A DNA stretch of 64,000 nt from Candidatus Levybacteria bacterium RIFCSPHIGHO2_02_FULL_40_18 (GTDB taxonomy: Bacteria > Patescibacteriota > Microgenomatia > Levybacterales > GWA1-39-11), in the NCBI GenBank assembly GCA_001782235.1, contig MFOC01000007.1, forward strand, positions 156,040 to 220,039, given 5' to 3'. The translations under genes and the position numbers were made by a program. The notes below the pieces were generated by a model. That model worked only from the letters and a program-made list of their open reading frames with translations, did not search any database and was not told the origin of the DNA. Shown in pieces: positions 9,493 to 17,856 of the stretch. How positions within the stretch are numbered: the first letter of the stretch is position 1; each line of letters begins with the position of its first letter.

Positions 9493-11134
9493 TTATCGTT
9501 TTTTTAAAAATCATGACTTTTGGATGGTCAAAGACTGTGAAATTTTCTTCTGCAAAATCATCGGGGAAAGTGATTGGAATTCCAAGATATGATAATGACG
9601 GATAAGAAGTAAATTCTTTTATTTTTTTGTATTCAAGCTTCCCATAGAATAAGTCTTTATAAAATTTTGCTATCCTTGGGTATTTTTCCGGAGCACGAGA
9701 TATACTGCCCCAGGCGCGATTTGAGGAAAGTATATAATAATCTCCTTGCGAAAGCGAGTCCGTCATTTTCTTCCATTTTCCATCTGTATCTTGGTCAAAA
9801 ACAGGCAGTTGAATAACCTTATAATTCTGGTATCCCGTCAAAGGAAGAGAATCATCCCAATGTTCGGTGAGTAGAGTTGCCCCATATGGGATATTCTCAA
9901 GAATCCAATTTGTTGCGGAGGTTCTCGTGTGGGGTTTGGTATAAATCGATAAAAACATAAGCGGTGAGATAAACATAGCGATTAAAAGCAAGTAGAATGC
10001 TATCTTGTTGATTTTTCTTGTGAGTTGGTCAAGACCGATCCCAACGAAAATAGCGATGAACGGATAAATGATTAAGAAATATCTTAGTGTCATCACTGTT
10101 TGAGTACCTTGATAAATAAAAAAGATGACGATCCAAAAAGCAAATAGTGAGAAGATAATTCCTGCTCTTATTTTTGCCGTATTAACAAGGCCCGCAACAA
10201 ACAATATAAATGCGGGGATGCCTATACCAAATAAGATTAGATTTTTTAAAGGGAAAATTATCGGGATTTTATTTATCCATTGAATGTTCGGAGGGTAAAT
10301 GGAGGTTTTTTGAGAGAGTATTTTTAACGTGTTGATGTTTTTCAAAAAGTCGGGATTTAGTCTGGGGTCAAAAATATTTGAGGAATAATACATATAAGGG
10401 TAGGCAAGCTTTGAGATAAAAAATGAAATAATCCCGAACAAAAAAACATTTCCCACGAACCTTAATAGAGACTTTTTAAGCGATCCGGCCGGCGTTATAA
10501 GAAGAGAAAGTATTAAAGGTAAAAGATAGATGGCCGATATTTTTGTGGATATGGAAAGACCAAAAAAAATAGCGCTAATAATTAAATTCGCGGAGGATCG
10601 TTTTATAAAATAAGATAATGCAAAAAAGAAAGATGAGAATAAGAATAAATTAAGAAAAGTATCAGTTATAAAGAAATGAGAAAGCTGGATTGGCAATACA
10701 AAAGTTGCATAAGAAAAAGAAGCCAAATACTTGACATTAGAGTTCAATTTATATTTATCCTCAAGCAACTTTACGGATTTATAAATTAAAAGAATAACAA
10801 TTGTATCAGCTAAAGCAGAAAAAAATCTCCCCTGTAGTGTAAATGCATTATAATTATCATTATTTAACATTAAAGCTAATATTTTATTTAGAATGATTGG
10901 AAAAAGGCCATATACAAAAAATTCGAAGCCAATATTTGCCGGATTAAAAGTTGAATTCTTGGAGTCAAGGTATTGCATAAAATTATCTGGTAGAGTCATT
11001 GCATTGCCTACCATTGTTAGAAATCTTTCATCTGGATGAAGGTGAAAGTTTGCATCCCAATTGAGATTGTAGGTTCGAAAGAAAAATCCAATTACAACAA
11101 TCAATACCAATAATAATTTTTCTCTAATTTTCAT
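9467..11134 (-). CDS. GT-C fold membrane glycosyltransferase (ArnT/PMT_2, GT39/83-like)
   Basis: N-terminal TM followed by FRTYNLNWDANFHLHPDERF (conserved DE loop of PMT/ArnT-type transferases); about 11 TMs; C-terminal soluble domain. Confidence 0.55.
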   Translation of the reverse strand: MKIREKLLLVLIVVIGFFFRTYNLNWDANFHLHPDERFLTMVGNAMTLPDNFMQYLDSKNSTFNPANIGFEFFVYGLFPIILNKILALMLNNDNYNAFTLQGRFFSALADTIVILLIYKSVKLLEDKYKLNSNVKYLASFSYATFVLPIQLSHFFITDTFLNLFLFSSFFFALSYFIKRSSANLIISAIFFGLSISTKISAIYLLPLILSLLITPAGSLKKSLLRFVGNVFLFGIISFFISKLAYPYMYYSSNIFDPRLNPDFLKNINTLKILSQKTSIYPPNIQWINKIPIIFPLKNLILFGIGIPAFILFVAGLVNTAKIRAGIIFSLFAFWIVIFFIYQGTQTVMTLRYFLIIYPFIAIFVGIGLDQLTRKINKIAFYLLLIAMFISPLMFLSIYTKPHTRTSATNWILENIPYGATLLTEHWDDSLPLTGYQNYKVIQLPVFDQDTDGKWKKMTDSLSQGDYYILSSNRAWGSISRAPEKYPRIAKFYKDLFYGKLEYKKIKEFTSYPSLSYLGIPITFPDDFAEENFTVFDHPKVMIFKKTIINSFLQEQ

Positions 11135-12786
11135 AATTTATGGTCGGGGTCCTGCCGCTCCGCGTCACCCCTTACTCGTTTAAAAATATAGACTGTTGGT
11201 CTGTCGAATACGCTTGTAGTTTCTTCGAAATTGAATACAGGGTTTCCTAAATAAGTAATTTTGCAAAATATGTCGCATGGCGTTTCATAAATTTTTTTAA
11301 ATCCTAATTTTTCAGAAAGTAGATTTGAATAGAAATTAAAACCATTAGGAAATTTTTCTTTATTAGCGATTCGAGATTTTAATACCCTTTGGCTAGGAGT
11401 AATAAGATAGTCTGCATTTTTTAATTGTTTTTCAAGCTCGATTTTTTTACGGGCACTGCCGTCTAGGTCATAAAAATTAAAAAGAGTGATATTTGGGAGA
11501 TAAGGGTTGAATGGCGTAATTCCAAGGTCATAAACTTCACTTAAAATTTTGGTATCTTTTGGAATATTCCAAGATGCCCATTTGCTTGCGGCAATTCTTG
11601 TGTCCTCTTTTATAAAGACTTCCGATAAATAGGAAAATGCAGAGACCGCATTTGTTAGTACTAAAGCCGCTACAATAACTGTCGCTTGCGTCCTAAAGTT
11701 TCGCAAGATCGTATCCAAAAAATCAACAACACCTATTGAGATAATTAAATATATGAAGGGGAGTGTGGGCACAAGATATCTAGTCCACTTTGCAAATAAA
11801 AGAGCATTTGGAAGAAATAAAATAACAAAAAAGATGCAAGGCATAAGATAGGCAACATTCCTCTTTTTTATTCCGCGATACATTACATAAGGTAGTGCGA
11901 TAATAAACAACAGCGTGAGGATAGGGTTAATAAGAAAAGGCAAAATATCGGTAAATTGGTAAATTACCGGAATAGTTCCAAAGAATTCGCCAGTATAAAA
12001 AACCGGCAAAGAGCCTGTCAAAAGAGAAGCCTCATATGCGAACATATCCCTGAAGTTTCTCGTTAAATAATAAGGAGATGCAAAAAAGGTAAGAAGCAAA
12101 GGGGAGCTTATTAAAAGAAAAAGATATATTGATCCTTGGATTTTATTTATTTTTTTCTCGCGGAGATGCATTACGAATAGCAACACCGGAATTATTAGAA
12201 ATATAAAAGAGTTAATTTTTATCGCCGTTGCTAAACTTACGATTAATATCGACATAAATATGTAAATTAATTTTTTAGTTTTCAGATACATGATCCCTGA
12301 TAAGAGAAGCAGAGAATACATTAAAGTAAGAATGCTCTCATAGACTCCAAAATGTGCCGCTTGAATAAGTCCGACAGAAAACGTTGTAAAAAGAGTTGCG
12401 GCAAGCGTTTGTTGCCATTTCAATGTTTTGTGACCAATAAGAAAGACTATTAAAATCGTAAATATTGACGAAACGCTAGATACAATTCTCAATAATATAA
12501 TGCTTTGGCCAAATGGGTCATTAAGTCCCAAAATACGAAGTATTGGGTCTGTTAAATTTTTGATCACGAATACAATATTTGAGACAAGGGTACCATAGGC
12601 AAAAGTCCCTTTTAAAAGGAAACCTAAGTTACTCCCGTCAAGTGAAGTGATTAAGGAGGCAATATTTCTTTCATCCGGGTGAAAATAAAATGGAGCCCCC
12701 CAATTTAGGTTATAAAAACGAAGGAACCCTCCAACTATCAAGAGAACTATTAGAATTTTTAATTTTAAATTTTTAATTTTAAACAT
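11131..12786 (-). CDS. GT-C fold membrane glycosyltransferase (ArnT/PMT_2-like), paralog of 9467..11134
   Basis: FLRFYNLNWGAPFYFHPDERNIASL after the first TM; polytopic. Start placed at ATG 12786 (MFKIKNLKLKI), which overlaps the upstream gene by 8 nt; the track start at 12948 would overlap it by 170 nt. Confidence 0.5.
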   Translation of the reverse strand: MFKIKNLKLKILIVLLIVGGFLRFYNLNWGAPFYFHPDERNIASLITSLDGSNLGFLLKGTFAYGTLVSNIVFVIKNLTDPILRILGLNDPFGQSIILLRIVSSVSSIFTILIVFLIGHKTLKWQQTLAATLFTTFSVGLIQAAHFGVYESILTLMYSLLLLSGIMYLKTKKLIYIFMSILIVSLATAIKINSFIFLIIPVLLFVMHLREKKINKIQGSIYLFLLISSPLLLTFFASPYYLTRNFRDMFAYEASLLTGSLPVFYTGEFFGTIPVIYQFTDILPFLINPILTLLFIIALPYVMYRGIKKRNVAYLMPCIFFVILFLPNALLFAKWTRYLVPTLPFIYLIISIGVVDFLDTILRNFRTQATVIVAALVLTNAVSAFSYLSEVFIKEDTRIAASKWASWNIPKDTKILSEVYDLGITPFNPYLPNITLFNFYDLDGSARKKIELEKQLKNADYLITPSQRVLKSRIANKEKFPNGFNFYSNLLSEKLGFKKIYETPCDIFCKITYLGNPVFNFEETTSVFDRPTVYIFKRVRGDAERQDPDHKL

Positions 12787-14059
12787 TAAAAATGAACTCG
12801 GATATTTTTTGTCCAAGTTCGACCGCATAATTCGTACCCCTATCCCAGGGGTAGACCTGTTGAATGTTGGCAAGATAAACATTTGGGAGCGGAGTTTCAG
12901 GCGGCGGAATAATTTTTGAATAATTCGTGGGAATGATTGGTTGAGCAAAGGGGGCCTTAAACAATTTATAATTTATAATTGATAATTTATAATTTGGGTT
13001 AATCTTTCGGAGCCAGGGATCGTAGAGCTTGAGAAGTTCGTCTTCAGTCATTTTGAAGCGAGGATCATCTTGTTCGACATAATTCCCTAAATATATAATG
13101 TGTTCATTATTGTAATGTTCATTGTCAATAAAATTTGTGTGTTCAACAATTGCAAGAATTGGAGATTTAGCATCACAAACGCTCAGCCAATAAGTGCCGT
13201 CTGTTAAAAACTGTTTTTTTAAGCGAAGCATTAGATTTAAAGCGCCCAAAGATTTAAGCTTCAAAAGATTTTTTTTATAATCAGCAGGAAGTTGCGGGGC
13301 AATTTTTATAAAGAAAAAAGACGGTAAAGTTACAGTTACCGAATCGAACTCATGATCTTTAACTTTTGACTTTTGACTTATAATTTTGACTTTTGACTTT
13401 TGACTTTTGAGTTCTGTGACTTCGGTATTGTAGTAAAATTTTCCGCCCTTTTTTTCGACCTCTTTTTGTAAATGTTCGGCAAAGCTCAAGAATCCACCTT
13501 CAGGGTAGGCAAGACTTTCGGTTCGTTTATAAACTCGGGCCCAGAACCAAGCAAGCGAAACATCGCCAGCATATTTTCCTAACTTATTCTGCATCAAAGG
13601 TTTCCAGATTTTTAGGTATGCATCTTTCCCCATTGATAGTTCAAGATAGCTTTGCGCGCGAAATCGCTCAAGAGGGCGCCATACGGGATTGTAACGAAGA
13701 GCGGCAAGGGACGCCCCCATTCGAACTCTATCTAAAAAGCCAATTTTTGGGAATTTTAAAAGAGACGTAGGAGAGTCGAGTTGAAAAATTCCGCCATCAA
13801 CAAAGGAGGACGTTTTGGGACGTCGGATTATGACTTTATGGTTAATATCATTTGCCAGTTTTAAAACGCTTTTGTCATTTGTGAACCAATGATGATAATG
13901 TTTTTCCAAAGACCAGTCCCATTCCTTCTCGCGATATCCGACTGCCAAACCCCCTGGTTTTTCATCCTTCTCGAAAACTGTAACATCGTACCCTTTTTGT
14001 GCCAAATAATATGCCGCTGAAAGTCCCGTAAACCCCGCTCCAATAATTCCAATTTTCAT
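12779..14059 (-). CDS. FAD/NAD(P)-binding oxidoreductase (amine oxidase / protoporphyrinogen-oxidase-like fold)
   Basis: MKIGIIGAGFTGLSAAYYLAQKGYDVTVFEKDEKPGG, a Rossmann GxGxxG-x17-E dinucleotide motif. ATG 14059 is preferred over the track TTG at 14092. Contains two in-frame heptamer-repeat segments. Confidence 0.7.
   Translation of the reverse strand: MKIGIIGAGFTGLSAAYYLAQKGYDVTVFEKDEKPGGLAVGYREKEWDWSLEKHYHHWFTNDKSVLKLANDINHKVIIRRPKTSSFVDGGIFQLDSPTSLLKFPKIGFLDRVRMGASLAALRYNPVWRPLERFRAQSYLELSMGKDAYLKIWKPLMQNKLGKYAGDVSLAWFWARVYKRTESLAYPEGGFLSFAEHLQKEVEKKGGKFYYNTEVTELKSQKSKVKIISQKSKVKDHEFDSVTVTLPSFFFIKIAPQLPADYKKNLLKLKSLGALNLMLRLKKQFLTDGTYWLSVCDAKSPILAIVEHTNFIDNEHYNNEHIIYLGNYVEQDDPRFKMTEDELLKLYDPWLRKINPNYKLSIINYKLFKAPFAQPIIPTNYSKIIPPPETPLPNVYLANIQQVYPWDRGTNYAVELGQKISEFIFNV
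12963..12996. repeat. ATAATTT heptanucleotide tandem repeat inside the oxidoreductase CDS
   Basis: ataattt ataattg ataattt ataattt; encodes KLSIINYKL. Confidence 0.7.
13362..13417. repeat. TTTTGAC heptanucleotide tandem repeat (about 8 units) inside the oxidoreductase CDS
   Basis: acttttgacttttgacttataattttgacttttgacttttgacttttgag; encodes SQKSKVKIISQKSKVK. The same TTTTGAC unit recurs intergenically at 53417..53470. Confidence 0.8.
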
Positions 14060-14128
14060 ATAAAGGTATTTTAGATGTTCTCTAGAGGACAAACAAGCCC
14101 TTCGGCTGTGCTCAAGGTTATAGTCCTT

Positions 14129-15481
14129 CTAAAGTACAAAAAGGAGGGCGGAGCCGGCAAAAATTAAAAGGACCGATATCACTGTTAAGATTAGCGATGA
14201 TGTATTTCCTGGTGGGGCAGGAGTGATGACGGGTATCTTCGTCGGGGAGACTGTAATAGAGGGAAGACTTGTTAGTGTAGGCGTTGCGATGGGCGACAGA
14301 ACAGGAGCAACTGTCGGCGTCGCCGTTGGTTTAGGCGTTGTGGGAGTGGGTGTTTTAGTAGGAGTAGCAGATGGGGTTGCAGACTCTGCAACCTGAGACC
14401 CTTGGGCAAATACGGCAAAGTTTTGGGTCAGAATTTTTGAAACACCAAAGGAATCAATTGTTTCGATAGTTATTTTATGTTGGCCCGGGGGGATAGACAA
14501 TGGAGGCCTATAAGTCCAAACGCCATTACTGTCTGACGTTACCTCGTCAATTATTATCTCTGATTCAATTTTTATCCTCACTTTCTGATTTGGCAATGCA
14601 GTGCCGCGGAAAAGAGGTTTGGAATCTACAAAAGATTCATTTTCTCTTGGAGTTGAAATTCTGATTGTCCCGGGAATAATTTTAGGGGTTGGTGCACGAA
14701 GAATCGATGACTCTGTGGAAATTTCAACTTCGGTTACATCCGTAAAATCATAATCTTGAGATAGACTTGCAACTGCAAGAGTTTCTATATTCTTTAAAAG
14801 AGTCTGAATAGTAGAGGAGAGATCTTGTCTTCTGAGTGTTAAAGTTATAAGGGTCTCAGGTTCTAACTTGCTGTATCCACTTAAGTCCGCTTTTCTAATA
14901 GAATTGGTTTGGATGGTAAATTTCCCATCGTCAGATGTTAAGGCGACAATCTTTTGAGCCCCTTGAATTTGAAGTTCAACAATTGTATCAAGAGCCGCTT
15001 GTCCATCAGGGAGTAGTCCTCTGCCCACTATCGGTTTTTGGGAAGACGGGGCTTCATTTAACTTTGGTCCTGTCCTAACAAAATACTTTTGGTCACCGTT
15101 TTGATATGTTTCCCCATCGGCAATTATAGTGAAGTTATAGGAAGTTTGAGGAGAAAGATCTGAGACAGTAATATAGTGAGAATAAAATTCAGTTTGCCCT
15201 CCGGTTTCTTTGTCTCTATCATCGAGGACCAGATATGGATTTTTCCCTACCTCCTCAACAGATAATCCGCTTGATGCTTTTCCATTTGTAGTAAAAGCTA
15301 CAGTAAAAGAAGAGCCTGTTATATTCGCTATTCTAACATTCTGGGGGGTTTTATCGGGTGTGGCTTGTCCGGTAAATATCACCCCTGTTTGAATCAAATA
15401 AGACGTTACCCAAATGCTTATAAAAAGTAGAAGAAAAGCAAGTAAGGTGGGCATCCTCTTATTCCATAAGCCTCTTTTCAT
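14129..15481 (-). CDS. Membrane-anchored surface protein with Ig/FN3-like beta domains and a Thr/Pro-rich C-terminal stalk
   Basis: N-terminal TM/signal (LLAFLLLFISIWVTSYLI), an FN3-like segment (PQNVRIANITGSSFTVAFTTNGKAS), a TPTKTPTPTTPKPTATPT stalk, and a C-terminal TM. Confidence 0.45.
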   Translation of the reverse strand: MKRGLWNKRMPTLLAFLLLFISIWVTSYLIQTGVIFTGQATPDKTPQNVRIANITGSSFTVAFTTNGKASSGLSVEEVGKNPYLVLDDRDKETGGQTEFYSHYITVSDLSPQTSYNFTIIADGETYQNGDQKYFVRTGPKLNEAPSSQKPIVGRGLLPDGQAALDTIVELQIQGAQKIVALTSDDGKFTIQTNSIRKADLSGYSKLEPETLITLTLRRQDLSSTIQTLLKNIETLAVASLSQDYDFTDVTEVEISTESSILRAPTPKIIPGTIRISTPRENESFVDSKPLFRGTALPNQKVRIKIESEIIIDEVTSDSNGVWTYRPPLSIPPGQHKITIETIDSFGVSKILTQNFAVFAQGSQVAESATPSATPTKTPTPTTPKPTATPTVAPVLSPIATPTLTSLPSITVSPTKIPVITPAPPGNTSSLILTVISVLLIFAGSALLFVL

Positions 15482-15483
15482 AT

Positions 15484-15792
15484 TTAAAGTTGCTGTTGTG
15501 CAGAGCCCGTTCCCGGTTGTTGTTCTGCGCCTGTTGCTTCTTGTGCGGCTTCTGTTGCCTCATTTATTTCACTTATTTCCACAAGATTTTCGGTTAGGTC
15601 TGCCCTAATTACTTTTTTTGCCTTTATTTTTTCTATCGTTTCTCGATCAAAGCCCGACGGTATCGGAGTTATAATTATTCCCGTGTCAGACGAAATTGTC
15701 GACGTACTATAATTATGAAAGACGGAAAAACCAATCCATGATGCAGCTACCGCCGCTGTTAATAGTGCAAGATATAAAAGACCTTTAAACAT
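15484..15792 (-). CDS. Small membrane protein, hypothetical
   Basis: Single N-terminal TM; sits in the same operon as the PilN/PilO-like genes. Confidence 0.3.
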   Translation of the reverse strand: MFKGLLYLALLTAAVAASWIGFSVFHNYSTSTISSDTGIIITPIPSGFDRETIEKIKAKKVIRADLTENLVEISEINEATEAAQEATGAEQQPGTGSAQQQL

Positions 15793-15799
15793 AAAAATA

Positions 15800-16411
15800 T
15801 TACTTGTCTGAAAAATAGACTCTTCCTATTATTGATGCCTCATAGTTATTTTCTGCATTTTTACCCGTCGAGATTTTATCTATCCCAACAATTCTGTCAA
15901 AGCCAATAATATTTGAGATAAAAGCATTAACGCTTCGTTGATCTCCAATAATATCAACAGTAAAATTAAAAGAGTATATTGGTTCATTTTTAATATTAGG
16001 ATACAATTCAACAGTCCCAAAATTTAATTTTTTAATAGTAACACCCGAGTCTTTTGCAATATTCTCAAGCTGACGAGTTAAAAAGGGAATACGAGGAGTT
16101 TGCGGAATTGCCGAATAAATATTTTCCAAATCCTGCTGTATTTCTTTGTACTGAAAATCCAAAAGCGTTAGGCTCGAGAGTTTTTTATTCAAAGAATCAA
16201 GTATAAGCTTGTTGTCTTCATATTGTTTGTTGAGATTTGCGACTGTCGAAAGTGTAGGAGCAATAGCAAAAAATCCAAAAAATGAAAAGGCAAAGAGTGT
16301 CAAGATTATATAAAGATATGCCACAATCTTTTTCATTTGGTCCAGAGACAAAGCTTCAATATATCTTGAGTATATTTTCAGAAGATCTTGTATTATAGAT
16401 ATTCTTCTCAT
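15800..16411 (-). CDS. PilO-like pilus assembly protein (single TM + coiled coil + C-terminal domain)
   Basis: The topology and size match PilO. Directly downstream of the PilN-like gene. Confidence 0.35.
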   Translation of the reverse strand: MRRISIIQDLLKIYSRYIEALSLDQMKKIVAYLYIILTLFAFSFFGFFAIAPTLSTVANLNKQYEDNKLILDSLNKKLSSLTLLDFQYKEIQQDLENIYSAIPQTPRIPFLTRQLENIAKDSGVTIKKLNFGTVELYPNIKNEPIYSFNFTVDIIGDQRSVNAFISNIIGFDRIVGIDKISTGKNAENNYEASIIGRVYFSDK

Positions 16412-16412
16412 A

Positions 16413-16964
16413 TTAAATTTCTTTTAACCGCTGTTTTAATTCTATGGTTAGTTTAAATGAGACTCCGGAAGTTGCAGAAGATACATCGTCTAAAGCCAAT
16501 GAGACAACATTTGGATTTTCTTTAAGCGCTTCTAATAAGTTATTTATCGGGAATATTGAAAAAGCAACCCCATTAATACTAATTGAGCGTTGGCTTACGG
16601 TAAGGTTAGTTGATGAGAAATTACCTTTTGCTACAGAATCAAGAATTTGATTCATAATCTCAATTTTTGCTTGGGTGTCCTCTTCGGTATCTTTTATATT
16701 CAAAAGTCTCTCCTGAATGCTTCTGAAGTCTTTTTCTTTTGCGCTTTGCGCTTTTACAAACAATTCAGACTTTTTTATCTGATCATGCAGGTCTATAATT
16801 TTCCTGTCAATGGTAAATCTGTATATAAGAGCGGTAAGAGCTACTAATTCCGTTACGACAATTACGATTCTTCCAATATTTACAGTCCACTTTAAAAAAT
16901 TATCGGCCACTGAAATGCGAGCTTTACCAATAAGATTAATCTTCACATGAGGTGAATTCGCCAT
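16413..16964 (-). CDS. PilN-like fimbrial assembly protein
   Basis: N-terminal VKINLIG (compare the PilN INLLP motif), one TM, and a coiled-coil periplasmic part. In the printed sequence the ATG is at 16963-16965, and there is a 1-nt discrepancy with the track near 16920. Confidence 0.4.
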   Translation of the reverse strand: MANSPHVKINLIGKARISVADNFLKWTVNIGRIVIVVTELVALTALIYRFTIDRKIIDLHDQIKKSELFVKAQSAKEKDFRSIQERLLNIKDTEEDTQAKIEIMNQILDSVAKGNFSSTNLTVSQRSISINGVAFSIFPINNLLEALKENPNVVSLALDDVSSATSGVSFKLTIELKQRLKEI

Positions 16965-17021
16965 AATTTCCCTTTCTGTATGTTATCCTGAACCCCGCTT
17001 TATCGGGGTGAAGGATCTTTT

Positions 17022-17327
17022 CTAAAGCGTACCGGAATAAAACTCCAGCTTCTTTGAGAGATCCTCCCAATTAGGATTTTTAGATTCGATTAGTTTTATT
17101 TTCTTTGCCCTAGTCCAGCCTTTTATTTTCTTTTCTGCTTCGATAGCGTCTCTTACATATGAGAACTCTTCGAAAAAGACTAGTTTATTTACATTATATT
17201 TAGCTGTAAATCCTTTCATAAGTTTAACTTTATGCTGTCCTGTCCGAATTAATATATTATTTGTAACACCCGCGTAAAGAACTTTATCATTCCAATTAGT
17301 CATTATATAAACAAAATAGTGTTTCAT
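17022..17327 (-). CDS. Standalone GIY-YIG nuclease family protein (COG2827-like, ~100 aa)
   Basis: YFVYIMTNWNDKVLYAGVTNNILIRTGQHK matches the GIY-x10-YxG ... R ... H motif. Flanked by a 16-nt direct repeat (16950..16965 and 17376..17391). Confidence 0.8.
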   Translation of the reverse strand: MKHYFVYIMTNWNDKVLYAGVTNNILIRTGQHKVKLMKGFTAKYNVNKLVFFEEFSYVRDAIEAEKKIKGWTRAKKIKLIESKNPNWEDLSKKLEFYSGTL

Positions 17328-17428
17328 ATAAGGCTAAGATTCTTCGCCTATGGCTCAGAATGACAATACCACTTTGAGGTGAATTCGCCATGAATCCAGT
17401 TTAGGGAATTTCGGCTAGTTTGTAAAGC

Positions 17429-17761
17429 CTATTTTTTGGATGAGCTAACTTTTCTTTTAGGACTTTTTGCGGCTCTAAGTTTCGCGGTGGGCTTTCGAAT
17501 AGTCTTTGCTGGTTTAGCCCCTCGACTACGCTCGGGATGAACAAGTTTTGAGAGGGAAGATTTAAGCCGCGCAGCCTTATTTTGGTGGATTATGTGTCTC
17601 TTTACGGCACGATCAATAACAGAATATGCCTCGTTGGTCTTTGCGGGGGATTTTCTTGCCGTGCGAATCGCTCTTTCAAGCTTTGCACGAAGAGTATCAT
17701 TCTCTTTTTCTCTCTTTCTATCCTTTCTTAATTTTTTAATTGCTGATTTTATTACTGGCAT
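17429..17761 (-). CDS. rpsT: 30S ribosomal protein S20 with Lys-rich C-terminal extension
   Basis: MPVIKSAIKKLRKDRKREKENDTLRAKLERAIRTARK...IDRAVKRHIIHQNKAARLKSSLSKLV is a typical bS20. Confidence 0.8.
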   Translation of the reverse strand: MPVIKSAIKKLRKDRKREKENDTLRAKLERAIRTARKSPAKTNEAYSVIDRAVKRHIIHQNKAARLKSSLSKLVHPERSRGAKPAKTIRKPTAKLRAAKSPKRKVSSSKK

Positions 17762-17856
17762 TTTTCAAGTCTAGCGCATGGCCCGCCTAGACAGATATTA
17801 TCATCTATTTTTCTATCTGGGCAGGGCAATTTTAGCATGATATACTTGTAAATACA

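Noticed and set aside
16910-16965. Frameshift or pseudogene status of the PilN-like gene
   Set aside because: In the printed sequence the N-terminal codons (ATG at 16963-16965, MANSPHVKINLIGKA) and the rest of the track ORF (RISVADNF…, frame ending at 16413) differ by one nucleotide near 16920 (gcgaagc versus expected gcgagc). The track reports a continuous 183-aa ORF. I cannot tell a hand-counting error from a real +1 frameshift, so no pseudogene call is made.
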